Shown: piece by piece, positions 15,948 to 25,468 of the stretch
How the letters are laid out: the number at the start of each line of letters is the position of its first letter
Numbering within the stretch: the stretch's first letter is position 1
IMG/VR virus record: IMGVR_UViG_3300017716_000508
Location: 1-28,742 of that record
Source: a virus
Lineage: Duplodnaviria > Caudoviricetes
DNA length: 28,742 bases
Strand: one strand, 5' to 3'
The notes under the pieces: generated by a model
Seen by the model: only the letters and a program-made list of their open reading frames with translations
Told to the model about the DNA's origin: nothing
The model's database searches: none
Position numbers and translations under genes: made by a program

Positions 15948-18900
15948 AACTCATACCCCATAGCCGTATACATATCGACAAGCTGCATTTTTAACAACGA
16001 TGCCATTAATCTATTATTTTCTAGCATCTCTCGCTTTGTGGCGAAGTCATACTCCGAAGTGCGGCGAATAGCTTTAGCTTCACTACGCAGCTTTTTAAGT
16101 TCGCCGTTGGCATCCTTGTTGTATTGCGCGACCAAGTATTCATCTATTGGATCTTTTTCAAGGTGGGCGTAGTATGCCTCGATATTAGACTCTTCCAACT
16201 CTTTTAACCGGTCTGCCCGTTTATCCAAGTCTTTTTCAATCTTGCCCCACATACGAGCGTCGTAGTCAGAGCGCGTTCCGACAAAGTTGCTCAGTATTAA
16301 ACTGTCTTGTTTAACCCGTTCCATCGTAGAGCGGTTATCTTCGCCGCTGATTGTGAATAAATTCCACCCTGCTACGCCAGCCTCTGCAAAAGCGTCTACG
16401 TAGGCAGAGGCAAAGAAATACATTTCGTTCGGGCCAAACTCAAACCCTGTAATCTCATAAAGAAATGCTGCAGCGTCCGTGAATATCTTAGGTGTATTAG
16501 CGCCGCCCGTATAAACACTGCCGTTCGGGCCTTGGCGGTTGTTATAAATCTCTTGCCCAAGAGAGTTGTAGTTCATGGCAAACTCAACGATGGGCCGCAG
16601 TGGCGCTGGTGCAACTGAGTCAATAATATATTTGCCCGGCTCGTCTATAAGACTGCCCTTGGATACTGGCAGAGGCAGGAATGAGTCCATCAGGATTGGT
16701 ATGGAGTTTGCCAGCACCTCAGTAAACTTGGTGTCAGAGTTACCCAACGAAGCAAACTGAGCGCCGAGGGCGGCAAACGCACCCATGCCGAAGCCCCAAG
16801 GCAGAGTAATAATATCGTTTACCTCATCACCAACAAAGAACCGAGCGTCGCGCATCCAACGGGACATATCATCAGTAGCTACGCGATTGCGCCCGTACTC
16901 GTCCTCACCTGCACCTGCGTATGCAAGGTAATACATAGCCACACCAAACCCGATCATAACGGCTGTAGTATTTCTACCGCGCTTGGCTTGTTCAATAAAC
17001 TTCTTGTCGAATGTTTTTCTATCGCCTTTCTTCCGCAACTCTGGGGACAACTCAGACCATGCACGGTCAGCGGCGGCTTGATACCCCTGAAAAGGCGACT
17101 TTAAAGTAACCCCGGCTTTAATAGACTCAATGGCAGCGGATAGAGCAGGTGCCAGCGGCTCGATAACTCGTACTGCACCCGTAGCAGATGCGTTAAAGAA
17201 CATGAACCACGCGCCCATCTGCTTGCCTTTTAAACCCTTCTCTTCGAAGTTCGCCAGACCTTTGGCAAAGGCAGCGGCGGGTATATTGGCAGCTTTTTCG
17301 GCTTCGGCTTTGCTCATACCTTTCTTCATCAATTCGCCCATTACTTCACTTTTGCGAATCTTGAATGCAGCGGCGCGACTTGTAAATTCAAAGCCAGCCA
17401 TGTACTGATCAAGGAACTTAACAGTTGCTTCCCATTTAGTTATTGCAAATCCTGCCGCGCCGGTTGACCTGTTGGCTTTTTTCAAGAGGTCACGGAATTG
17501 ACCCTTGTCAGTAAAACTACTGACGTACGAGATGTCGCCACCATGTTGTAGATAATCCAGTAAGTCCTTAACGTGCCCTGATTTATCTTTAGCAAGCATA
17601 GCTTTCAGCTTGGGGTTCTTGGCAGGGTCAGCCCCAGCCTCGTAAAACGCTCCGGCTACCTCGTATGATTTATAAAACCCGTTGGCGACTACCTTGTTGG
17701 CAATCGCCCCGATATAGTTGGACGCAGCGCCGGGGGACATATCAATACTGATGTTAAACGCGTTAGCCAGCATGTCACGGACAAAGTTCTTAGGCGCAAA
17801 CGCTACGTTAAAGCGGGTGTGGGTCTGTCCCATAAAGCTTGTTATGGTATTGAGCTTATCTATAAACCCGCTTCCAGTTTGATACGACTTACGAATAGCA
17901 TTACGCAACCGCTCGTTCTTTACCGAGATAACAGCTACTTCACCGTCAGGCATGTAGTGCAAGAACACGTTTTGCTGGTTCATCAACTTGAACAGTTTTT
18001 CGTCTTCTTTTAACTTGTACCGCTCTTCAAACGAGACTATCTTTTCAATCTCGCCGTCTATAAGTTTTTGATTCACAAGGTTGTACAGGACTTTACTAAC
18101 GCCCTTACGTCCAGAGCGCGAAGCGGCAATCGACGCGTCAGCCATCATGGTAAGGATCGGGTTGTCAGGCAGCGTGTAGCGCCCCTCCTGCGTGTATTCC
18201 CTTTGCTGAAGTTCCCTACCCAACTTGTTGTCGCCACCGTAGAACAAGTCAGCGTCTTCCTTCTCTACAGGATTGCCCTTGTATGTGATGTAATTCTTGT
18301 AGCCGTAGAAGTCCACAAGGTTATCAACCTGCGGCGACCAGTAGTTGGCTTGCTTATTGAGCATGATAGTAACGTCAGACAAGGCGCGTAGTTCAGCCAA
18401 GATGTCGTCCATCATTTTCTTTTCAGTTTTGTTCTGATTAAACGTAGCCAAATGCCGCTGTACATCGGAGGTCTCTAACCCACCCAATACGCTGTAGTGA
18501 TAGCTATTTACGTCATGCAAATGAGACTTGCTTGGGTCAAGGTTATTTTTGTCAGCAACGATGTCGTCTAGAAGTTTGCGGTAAGCTTTAGCTAAATCTT
18601 TAGTGGTCATGCCTAGGCTATCGGCGCGTTTGGCAAGTCCGTCTTTTGAGGTAAGTTCGGCAAAGATTTCGGTATGAGCTGTGGCGGGGGTAACTAATTT
18701 TCCAAACCAATTAATATTCTTTGCCATATCGTCCGAGCGTAATGGCACATTTTTCAAATACTTAACAGCGCGGACTTCACTCTCGTGCATAACTTCACCA
18801 TAAGCGGCTAAGCGTTGCAGCACCACATCGACTGATTGGCCTGTCTCTTTTACCATGTTGACCAACATATCGTTGATCTTGTTTATGATTGGGTTGACGT

Positions 18901-21900
18901 AGGTGTTGTCTAAGTTACGGAAGTCGCCCGGTGCAAGCGACATCCTATCGTATAGATTAGTGGCAATACTCTCATCACCAACAACAAGAAGCCCCGCCCT
19001 ATCTAACTGACGTTGCAAGTCTTTGGCTATATAGCTCTCATTTTGATACAGCCTAGTAAATTCTTTAGCTCGATTACCCAAGCCGCCAGAGAACCATGAA
19101 CGGATAGAACCGAAGAAACCTTTTGGTCTCTCAGGCAGCTTCTGCCCTGCAATAAACTCTTCGGTAGACTTGCCCGTGTACTCGCCAGCCTTCTTAGGCT
19201 CCTTGGGCGCTTCCATGAACGACACACCCGTAGCAATACCGGGGGTTTTTGGCGAGAGCGGCGGTCTGACATCGAACGGGCCGGTGATCATCGTCTGGAT
19301 GTTTTCTAGCACTTGGCTAGATACGTTATCGCCCTTGATACCAAGCAGTTGCATCACACGGACAGCAAACTCCCGCAGCGCGTTCGGAACCTTAATGACT
19401 TTGGTGAGCGGCGGTATCTTAGCCATCTCAGCGACAAACTCTGAATTAGAAAACGACTGAGCGAGAAACTCTTTAAGATTGCCGATCTCGTACTTCTTAC
19501 CAAGCGTCTTTGCTACGTGCTGCTGGAGTTTACTGAGGTTTTCCAGCGCAATTTTCTGGATCGGAGTCAGGTTCTGTGGGTTATCCACCGCACGGTCAGT
19601 GATGAAGTGGGCATACTCATGCAGCACGGCAACGTCAAGCATTGTTCCACGTGGAGCATCGGGGTCAACCGTAATCGTTTCATTCGATGGGTCATACTGA
19701 GCGGGGCGATTGCCCTCCACCTTACCGATGACAACGGTCGGCTTGATGCCGAACTGACTAATGACTGCCTCGATACGGGACGCAAACAGCTTGGTAGCCG
19801 GGTCGGTATAGCCCGTTTTTATGGCGCGTAGGATTGTATTGGTATCACCAGAGCGCAGCGCGGCTACAGTCTCTCGCTCAATTATATTTTCGCTATCCTT
19901 CTTCTCTTCGACCTTAACCGTTGTAACCGGCTGCGCCTTGCCTACCTTGGCAGTGGCAACGGATGTACCGGCAGTGGCTTTCTTACGGGCTGCGCGAATA
20001 TCAGAGGCGCTCTTCTTACCTAGCTTGGATACAGCCTTGATCTCTGCCTCAATAGTTTCTTTGCGCTTGGCGTCAACCGCTTTTTTCTGGGACTCGGACA
20101 GCGACTTAACAAACGCATCCCGTGCTTTCTTTTTATTTAGTTGCTCTGGTTTAAGTTTATTTTCGTCAATGACTTTATCAATAGCGGTTTTGCGCTCACT
20201 TTGGGTCATACGACCCAAGATGTCATAAATAGTTACAGTTTCTGGCTTAATAGACGGTATACCAAGTTTTACATTCTCGTTATGTCTGTCAGTATTCGCT
20301 TTATTTTCAGCTTTTATTTGGTCGGCATAAGTCTCTTTGAGGCTGCTCAACGCTGTATCAAACTGATCAAACGCAGTCTCGGCACCGGCGTGGCTGATAG
20401 CCTCGTCCATATTTTTTGGTGGCTCGGCGCGTGTATCTACATCTGCCATAACAAACGGCATGTGTTCTTTTTTAAATACACGTTCAGTCGCAGCGTAGTC
20501 TTTCTTTGCTACCTTGGGTGCAGGTTCTTTCTTCTCTACCTTGGGCGCAGGTTCTTTCTTCTCTACCTTGGGCGCGGGCGTTTCTTCGGCGGCTTGATTA
20601 AGCGCATCAAGTTCCTCTTGCAGAGCGGCTTCCTCTTGCAGAGCAGCTTCTTCATCTACTGCGGGTGCGGCTGCTTTTGCTTGTCCTTCTTCTTTTGTTT
20701 GCTTGGCTTCAGGGGTTTTAATGACATCAGTTTTTCCTAATATGTTGCGGGGGCCTGTTTCAGAAGAATCAAGCTCTGTGTTTAATGTGAAACCTTTTTC
20801 TACAGTTTGACCATACCCATCTGGGTCAAGCGCAGCATTAACTTTTTCTGTTGGATAATCAACATACTGAAGTTCGGCATCTTTACGGTAATTTTTAGCG
20901 TAGTTTCTATCAGTACTAAACCAAGCTTTACCTTCTGTTCTACCCGGCGTAGCACTACCGTGATATAAGCGAGTCATGCCCGGAGGAACAGGCGGTTCCC
21001 CCTCTTCTAATGTAGTACGCTGATTCTCCGCTGAAATAGGAGTTGATTGAGCATTCCCTCCAGTATCATCCAGTCTAGAGTCGATAGGTGTTGTAGATTC
21101 TCCGGAGGCGACTGCCAATTCTCGTGGAGCGCCAGCAGCGCCAGACTGATCTCCTGCGGCGTTAATTCCAGCAGATTGTGCGGCACTGGCTCGGATACGT
21201 TCGACATTTTCGGCTCCCAGTCTTTTTTCAGCTTTACCTAGTGCTTCTGTTTTTCTTTTTACTTCTATCGGTGTAAGTTTTTTACCATCCGAATCCACGC
21301 CAAGCGCAAGTTCAGCGCCGTATCTAATTACTTTTTGCTCATCTGTCTCATTTTTTACTTTTGCAGGAGGCAACTCGGGTTGAGCGCGCGCAGCGTCCAT
21401 CTGTGCGTCTACAGCGGCAAGCGGGTCTGCCTCGGGGGCTGGGGCTGGTGGGTTTATCGCGGCAGCTATCTGCTCGGGTGTAGCGATACCGAAAGGTAGG
21501 GTGGCAGGTGGTTGTGCTTGCGCTTGCGCCTGAATGGCTTGCGCATCTGGGACGATAGCCGCTGCGCTTTGCGCTGCTTGATCTACTGCTTGCTGGGCTT
21601 CTAAGTCTTTCTTTGCCGCGTCGGCTGCAAGTTGATTACGTGTTTCAAGCGCACCAATACCCGCACCCGGTATAAAGCCAAGGGCTGCACCCATTGTGGC
21701 GGCACCCGCTACACCCTTCATCGGGTCAATACGTGGGTCATAAGTCTGAGCGGCAGAGCGCCCAGAGTACTCGGTTACACCTTCTTCAAGAGCTTCTTGA
21801 GCAGCTTCGGACAAGCCAGATTTAATTGCACCGCCCAGAGTTGTGGCAGCGGTTTTACCACCTACGCCAGCTAAGAACCGTTCGACACCGAACGCACCGG

Positions 21901-22648
21901 TTGCGCCACCAATCAAGGAAGGAATGAATGACGCACGGCGGGCCGCAGTAGTTGCGGCTTCTTCTTTTACTTTATCTAGTGATACACCTTTTTCAACTTG
22001 GCTACGGATGTAATCGTTCTTTAAAAGAATCTCGTCAGGCGTATCCATCACCATCTTGTATGCGGAGCCGCCAGCGTCGCCACCTGCCATCATGGCGTTA
22101 GTCACAACACCAGCCCCTAGACCCACTCGGCTTGAGGCTTTCTCAGTAAGTTTTAATAGTTGGGCGGCTTTTACAGACCCCTTAATAGCTAGACCGGGAC
22201 CAAGAAAAGAGCCAGCCGCTTGGGCGGTGGCTTGCAAAGGGTTTTCAGCTATATATCTGGCAACGGCGGCGACTTCTTCTCCACCTGTTTGAGCGGCTTC
22301 CAAATCCTTTTGGAACTTCTCGCGCCCAGCCTTGACCATGTCGCTTTGTAAATTTTCTGTTGTTTTAGTAAATTTATCAATAGCTTTTGAAAACGCATTG
22401 CCCGGCGAGACATAGTCAGCCGCCGCCTCTATACCACCAGCAAACGAGTTAGCCACTGTGATAACCGTATCACTAGCCACCCTTAAAACATTCCTAGACT
22501 CGGGCGCTTTCTTTGGTTCTTCTTTTTGTGGCGCGTTTCTTAGCTCTACTTGGCGTCGTAATTCACGCGCCAGAAGGGTAGCGGCTTCTTTATCCCCAGC
22601 TTTATCCGCGTTCATAAACGCGCGTTCAAGTTCTCTAAAATTAGCCAT
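15944..22648 (-). CDS. giant internal virion/ejection polyvalent protein (ART-like, HExxH zincin, LPD38-like regions)
   Basis: 2234 aa; Gly/Ala-rich hydrophobic N-terminal region; RLYHG...WFSTDRNYAKNY; LHEYAH...KEFLA; C-terminal LPWGFG...LRPIVEFAMNYNSLGQEIY; last gene of the virion arm. Confidence 0.8.
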   Translation of the reverse strand: MANFRELERAFMNADKAGDKEAATLLARELRRQVELRNAPQKEEPKKAPESRNVLRVASDTVITVANSFAGGIEAAADYVSPGNAFSKAIDKFTKTTENLQSDMVKAGREKFQKDLEAAQTGGEEVAAVARYIAENPLQATAQAAGSFLGPGLAIKGSVKAAQLLKLTEKASSRVGLGAGVVTNAMMAGGDAGGSAYKMVMDTPDEILLKNDYIRSQVEKGVSLDKVKEEAATTAARRASFIPSLIGGATGAFGVERFLAGVGGKTAATTLGGAIKSGLSEAAQEALEEGVTEYSGRSAAQTYDPRIDPMKGVAGAATMGAALGFIPGAGIGALETRNQLAADAAKKDLEAQQAVDQAAQSAAAIVPDAQAIQAQAQAQPPATLPFGIATPEQIAAAINPPAPAPEADPLAAVDAQMDAARAQPELPPAKVKNETDEQKVIRYGAELALGVDSDGKKLTPIEVKRKTEALGKAEKRLGAENVERIRASAAQSAGINAAGDQSGAAGAPRELAVASGESTTPIDSRLDDTGGNAQSTPISAENQRTTLEEGEPPVPPGMTRLYHGSATPGRTEGKAWFSTDRNYAKNYRKDAELQYVDYPTEKVNAALDPDGYGQTVEKGFTLNTELDSSETGPRNILGKTDVIKTPEAKQTKEEGQAKAAAPAVDEEAALQEEAALQEELDALNQAAEETPAPKVEKKEPAPKVEKKEPAPKVAKKDYAATERVFKKEHMPFVMADVDTRAEPPKNMDEAISHAGAETAFDQFDTALSSLKETYADQIKAENKANTDRHNENVKLGIPSIKPETVTIYDILGRMTQSERKTAIDKVIDENKLKPEQLNKKKARDAFVKSLSESQKKAVDAKRKETIEAEIKAVSKLGKKSASDIRAARKKATAGTSVATAKVGKAQPVTTVKVEEKKDSENIIERETVAALRSGDTNTILRAIKTGYTDPATKLFASRIEAVISQFGIKPTVVIGKVEGNRPAQYDPSNETITVDPDAPRGTMLDVAVLHEYAHFITDRAVDNPQNLTPIQKIALENLSKLQQHVAKTLGKKYEIGNLKEFLAQSFSNSEFVAEMAKIPPLTKVIKVPNALREFAVRVMQLLGIKGDNVSSQVLENIQTMITGPFDVRPPLSPKTPGIATGVSFMEAPKEPKKAGEYTGKSTEEFIAGQKLPERPKGFFGSIRSWFSGGLGNRAKEFTRLYQNESYIAKDLQRQLDRAGLLVVGDESIATNLYDRMSLAPGDFRNLDNTYVNPIINKINDMLVNMVKETGQSVDVVLQRLAAYGEVMHESEVRAVKYLKNVPLRSDDMAKNINWFGKLVTPATAHTEIFAELTSKDGLAKRADSLGMTTKDLAKAYRKLLDDIVADKNNLDPSKSHLHDVNSYHYSVLGGLETSDVQRHLATFNQNKTEKKMMDDILAELRALSDVTIMLNKQANYWSPQVDNLVDFYGYKNYITYKGNPVEKEDADLFYGGDNKLGRELQQREYTQEGRYTLPDNPILTMMADASIAASRSGRKGVSKVLYNLVNQKLIDGEIEKIVSFEERYKLKEDEKLFKLMNQQNVFLHYMPDGEVAVISVKNERLRNAIRKSYQTGSGFIDKLNTITSFMGQTHTRFNVAFAPKNFVRDMLANAFNISIDMSPGAASNYIGAIANKVVANGFYKSYEVAGAFYEAGADPAKNPKLKAMLAKDKSGHVKDLLDYLQHGGDISYVSSFTDKGQFRDLLKKANRSTGAAGFAITKWEATVKFLDQYMAGFEFTSRAAAFKIRKSEVMGELMKKGMSKAEAEKAANIPAAAFAKGLANFEEKGLKGKQMGAWFMFFNASATGAVRVIEPLAPALSAAIESIKAGVTLKSPFQGYQAAADRAWSELSPELRKKGDRKTFDKKFIEQAKRGRNTTAVMIGFGVAMYYLAYAGAGEDEYGRNRVATDDMSRWMRDARFFVGDEVNDIITLPWGFGMGAFAALGAQFASLGNSDTKFTEVLANSIPILMDSFLPLPVSKGSLIDEPGKYIIDSVAPAPLRPIVEFAMNYNSLGQEIYNNRQGPNGSVYTGGANTPKIFTDAAAFLYEITGFEFGPNEMYFFASAYVDAFAEAGVAGWNLFTISGEDNRSTMERVKQDSLILSNFVGTRSDYDARMWGKIEKDLDKRADRLKELEESNIEAYYAHLEKDPIDEYLVAQYNKDANGELKKLRSEAKAIRRTSEYDFATKREMLENNRLMASLLKMQLVDMYTAMGYEF
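20499..20579 (-). repeat. 3 x 27-bp tandem repeat (PAPKVEKKE)
   Basis: tctttctt(t/c)(g/t)ctaccttggg(t/c)gc(a/g)gg(t/c) units at 20499, 20526 and 20553. Confidence 0.9.
20612..20653 (-). repeat. 2.3 x 18-bp tandem repeat (EEAALQ)
   Basis: ttcctcttgcagagc(g/a)gc twice, plus ttcttc. Confidence 0.85.
20656..20727 (-). CDS. possible nested basic micropeptide (23 aa, +1 frame of giant gene)
   Basis: AGGA-N7-ATG; MSLKPLKPSKQKKKDKQKQPHPQ*. Confidence 0.3.
   Translation of the reverse strand: MSLKPLKPSKQKKKDKQKQPHPQ
21007..21207 (-). CDS. probable overprinted gene (66 aa, +1 frame inside giant gene)
   Basis: GGGAG-N6-ATG; amphipathic helical sequence LTPQEISLALLAL...LSTLDWMILEGMLNQLL, while the host frame is a low-complexity linker. 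Confidence 0.55.
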   Translation of the reverse strand: MSNVSEPVPHNLLELTPQEISLALLALHENWQSPPENLQHLSTLDWMILEGMLNQLLFQRRISVLH

Positions 22649-22656
22649 CGTGTAGA

Positions 22657-25062
22657 TTACTTATATTTGTCAAGTGCTGCTTGAACTTCGGGGCTGTAAG
22701 GGCTAGTACCACTATCAGCATTCGATTCTTGAATGAGATCGTCAATCTTTGCAAGTTCGTAAGACTTAGGCAAGTCTCTTATGTATTTCTGTTCTTCCCG
22801 CTTCATTTCTTCCAGACGCTTTTCCGCAGCTATTCTTATTTTAGTCCCCGGCTTAGCGTTGGTTAAGTCTCTATTAAGTTTTTGCTTTTCCGCTACCCGT
22901 TCTTTATTACTCATATAGGCGTTGTACTCGGCGCGGGCGTTTTTAGTCTGCGTGTCTATACGTTTATCTAATTCTCTTTGATCTTTTTTCTCGTCAGCTT
23001 TTATACGCCTTTCGTTAGCCGCCATAGTTGCACCGGCGTCTATTCTTTTCCCTTCGACGAGGTATTTACCCTGTATATGTTCTCTTCTCTCTCCAGAGAT
23101 GCCTTCAGCTTCTGATTTTGCCAATTGTCCTTTAATTTGAAGCTTATCAACTTCAGCCTTGAACAACGTTGTGCCTAACTCTGTACTAAGTTGAGTTAAT
23201 GTTTTTGCTGCATCGTTATGTGCTTTGAGTGCGTCATTAGCCCTATTTTGTTTTTCAAGTAATTCAGACTTGTTCAAATCACTTAAAACTTTATTAGCTT
23301 CGCGTTGAATATCACTTGCCTTTTTTTGATCTTCAATAAGATCAGGTACGGTATCATTAATTGCCAAAACTACAGCTCTAAGTACGGGGCCGGGGGTTGA
23401 TCCAAATTTAGCAAACATCTGCGCGTAACGCATGTACTCAGCCTTTCTAGCGTCTTCTCTGCTCATCTTCTTTTCTTCTTGGACACGAGCACGTTCTTCA
23501 TTAAACATCTTAACTGGGTCAATACCCAATTTTTTATAAGCGGCGTCTTGGCGACTTAGTTCACCTTCAACACCACCGGCAACTCGGGTTTCAAGAGTCT
23601 TGATCCCCGCACGGGCTTTTTCAAAATCTGCTGGTGGGGTAAACCCTTCCGAAGCCGCGCGGAATTGATCTTGATAAGGCGTAGCAGAAGCCACAGGTGC
23701 AGGAGCAGGAGCAGGAGCAGGTGCTTTAGCCACGGGTGCTTTAGCCACGGGTGCGGGTGCTTTAGCTGGAACGGCGTTCTTGTCTTCTTTGCTAAAATCA
23801 TACGGGTTTGTAATAGCGTCTCTACTGCCTTCTTTAAACGCAACTGCACCACCACCTGCCATCATCTTAGGCGCACCAGCACGTGTTTGGTCACGGCGCT
23901 GCTTCTCAGCTTGAGCAATACCCATAGTCTCAGGGTCGGTGTCACCGCTCAACTTACCTTGAAGCTGGTCGTCTGAGAGTTTCTTCATCATGCTAGGCAG
24001 CTTGTATGGGTCAGCACCTGTGGCAATACCACCGGAGGCCATCTCCTTAATAGCCCCGCCTTCTTTCTTTGGTGGGCTACTGTTATATGCTTGATACAGG
24101 TTTGCTCCTGCACCAGCTAAGCCTATGGCCTGTTGTAATGCAGGAGGTTGAGCCTGATACATCTGAGTAGTAGACGCTTGCATAGGCAAGCCACGCAGCA
24201 TGTTAGAGAGCGTACCCAGTTGAATAAACGGATACTGCTGAGCGGTTGCGTAGTCTTGGATTTTCTGGTTGAGGCGCTGCTGTTCATACGCTTGTTGCTT
24301 GTCACCAATTGCCATCTGCTGGCCCATAAGGCCCATTTCCTGACCGTACTGCTGCTGACCCAACGCACCCATCTGACCCGCCATCCGACCAGCCTCACTA
24401 TAACCTTCAAGGCCGAGCTTGGCACCGAACTGTTGTGCTTGCTGTGCAGACTGAAAAGCGTCTTGCATACCCTTACCGTAGATGTCGGATTGCTGCTGGC
24501 CTAAATTACGTTGACGTTCCGCTTCTACAATAGCCGAACGAGAGCCACCAAACGCGCCCTGTCCTACAGCTTGGGCTTGGTTCTGCTGACCCTGTATAGC
24601 TGACTGTCGTGCCGCTTCACGCATCTGGGGTTCAAGCGCGTTCTGCATGTAAGGCGACATGTACGCTTGTGTGGCGTAAGGGTTAGTTGCCTGTTGCTCG
24701 TATCGCTGACCCACACCCATAGAACCCATACCCGCCGCGCCGGTCATACGAGTAGCCAGATTAGTTTGACCCGGTAGTTGATAGCCACTAATACCCTGCA
24801 TGGCTCGGGCTTGCGTCGGGCTAAAGCCCGCAACTGTTTCGCCCTCAAACGGTTTATACGGTTGGAAGCCAGTTATGTTTCCTTGGTCACCGTAGGTATA
24901 GACTTGTTTCTCAGTTGAACCCATCATCCGCTCAACATACGGACGGGCATATTCAGGGATGTTTGAGGTTTCAGACTTAGTCGTAGTCGGACCACCGCCA
25001 CCGCCGGGGTAGAGTCGATTGTTACCGTTTACGTAGCCGTTGAACTTATTGCGGATAATCAT
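22657..25062 (-). CDS. ejection (DNA pilot-like) protein with N-terminal leader and Gly run
   Basis: RLYP-GGGGG-PTTT, NPYATQAYMSPY, GAFGGSR, Gln/Gly/Ala-rich N-half, coiled-coil C-half; SD GAGG; position in the ejection cluster. Confidence 0.72.
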   Translation of the reverse strand: MIIRNKFNGYVNGNNRLYPGGGGGPTTTKSETSNIPEYARPYVERMMGSTEKQVYTYGDQGNITGFQPYKPFEGETVAGFSPTQARAMQGISGYQLPGQTNLATRMTGAAGMGSMGVGQRYEQQATNPYATQAYMSPYMQNALEPQMREAARQSAIQGQQNQAQAVGQGAFGGSRSAIVEAERQRNLGQQQSDIYGKGMQDAFQSAQQAQQFGAKLGLEGYSEAGRMAGQMGALGQQQYGQEMGLMGQQMAIGDKQQAYEQQRLNQKIQDYATAQQYPFIQLGTLSNMLRGLPMQASTTQMYQAQPPALQQAIGLAGAGANLYQAYNSSPPKKEGGAIKEMASGGIATGADPYKLPSMMKKLSDDQLQGKLSGDTDPETMGIAQAEKQRRDQTRAGAPKMMAGGGAVAFKEGSRDAITNPYDFSKEDKNAVPAKAPAPVAKAPVAKAPAPAPAPAPVASATPYQDQFRAASEGFTPPADFEKARAGIKTLETRVAGGVEGELSRQDAAYKKLGIDPVKMFNEERARVQEEKKMSREDARKAEYMRYAQMFAKFGSTPGPVLRAVVLAINDTVPDLIEDQKKASDIQREANKVLSDLNKSELLEKQNRANDALKAHNDAAKTLTQLSTELGTTLFKAEVDKLQIKGQLAKSEAEGISGERREHIQGKYLVEGKRIDAGATMAANERRIKADEKKDQRELDKRIDTQTKNARAEYNAYMSNKERVAEKQKLNRDLTNAKPGTKIRIAAEKRLEEMKREEQKYIRDLPKSYELAKIDDLIQESNADSGTSPYSPEVQAALDKYK
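23691..23770 (-). repeat. Pro/Ala low-complexity repeat (PVAKA x2, PA x n)
   Basis: ggtgctttagccacg twice and gcagga repeats on the + strand. Confidence 0.75.
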
Positions 25063-25466
25063 AATTTTTCCCTCATCACCTGATGGGTGTTGGTCATGCC
25101 CATTTTTTCGTACATCTGGACTAGAGTACCTTTAGCCCAACATTGTGTGGTTGTAGCGCCCATTAAGCGCATCCAGTTTTTAGCTTCATCAAACACATGT
25201 GTGCGGACGATACTTTTACCGCCCATCAAATTCACATGCGCTACGCGCTCACGCGGGTAATCAATAATGTCTACAGTCACAGCCCCAGTAATGCCTTCGC
25301 CCGGCTCGTCCCAGATCAACAAATAAGTACGACCTGTACGCACTGCAAACTCGACTTGCTCTGCTGTGTTTAATTCAGGGTCAAGATCAATTGCTCTTTG
25401 CAACATCGGCGCAACGATAGGCCATACTTGGGGTAACTGCGCCGGAGTAATCTGATATAAGGGCAT
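25059..25466 (-). CDS. GNAT-fold-like virion assembly protein
   Basis: VWP.V...L; G...YP..R...V..MGG; MGATTTQC...MYEKMG pattern; directly upstream of an ejection protein, like P22 gp14 / T7 gp13. Confidence 0.6.
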   Translation of the reverse strand: MPLYQITPAQLPQVWPIVAPMLQRAIDLDPELNTAEQVEFAVRTGRTYLLIWDEPGEGITGAVTVDIIDYPRERVAHVNLMGGKSIVRTHVFDEAKNWMRLMGATTTQCWAKGTLVQMYEKMGMTNTHQVMREKL

Positions 25467-25468
25467 CT

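Noticed and set aside
20141-20740. 199-aa Phe/Leu-rich + strand ORF
   Set aside because: Antisense shadow of the Lys/Glu-rich repeat region of the giant gene.
23556-23855. Alternate-frame ORF within the 801-aa gene
   Set aside because: Sequence mirrors the Pro/Ala repeat (HPWLK, poly-L); no convincing start context.
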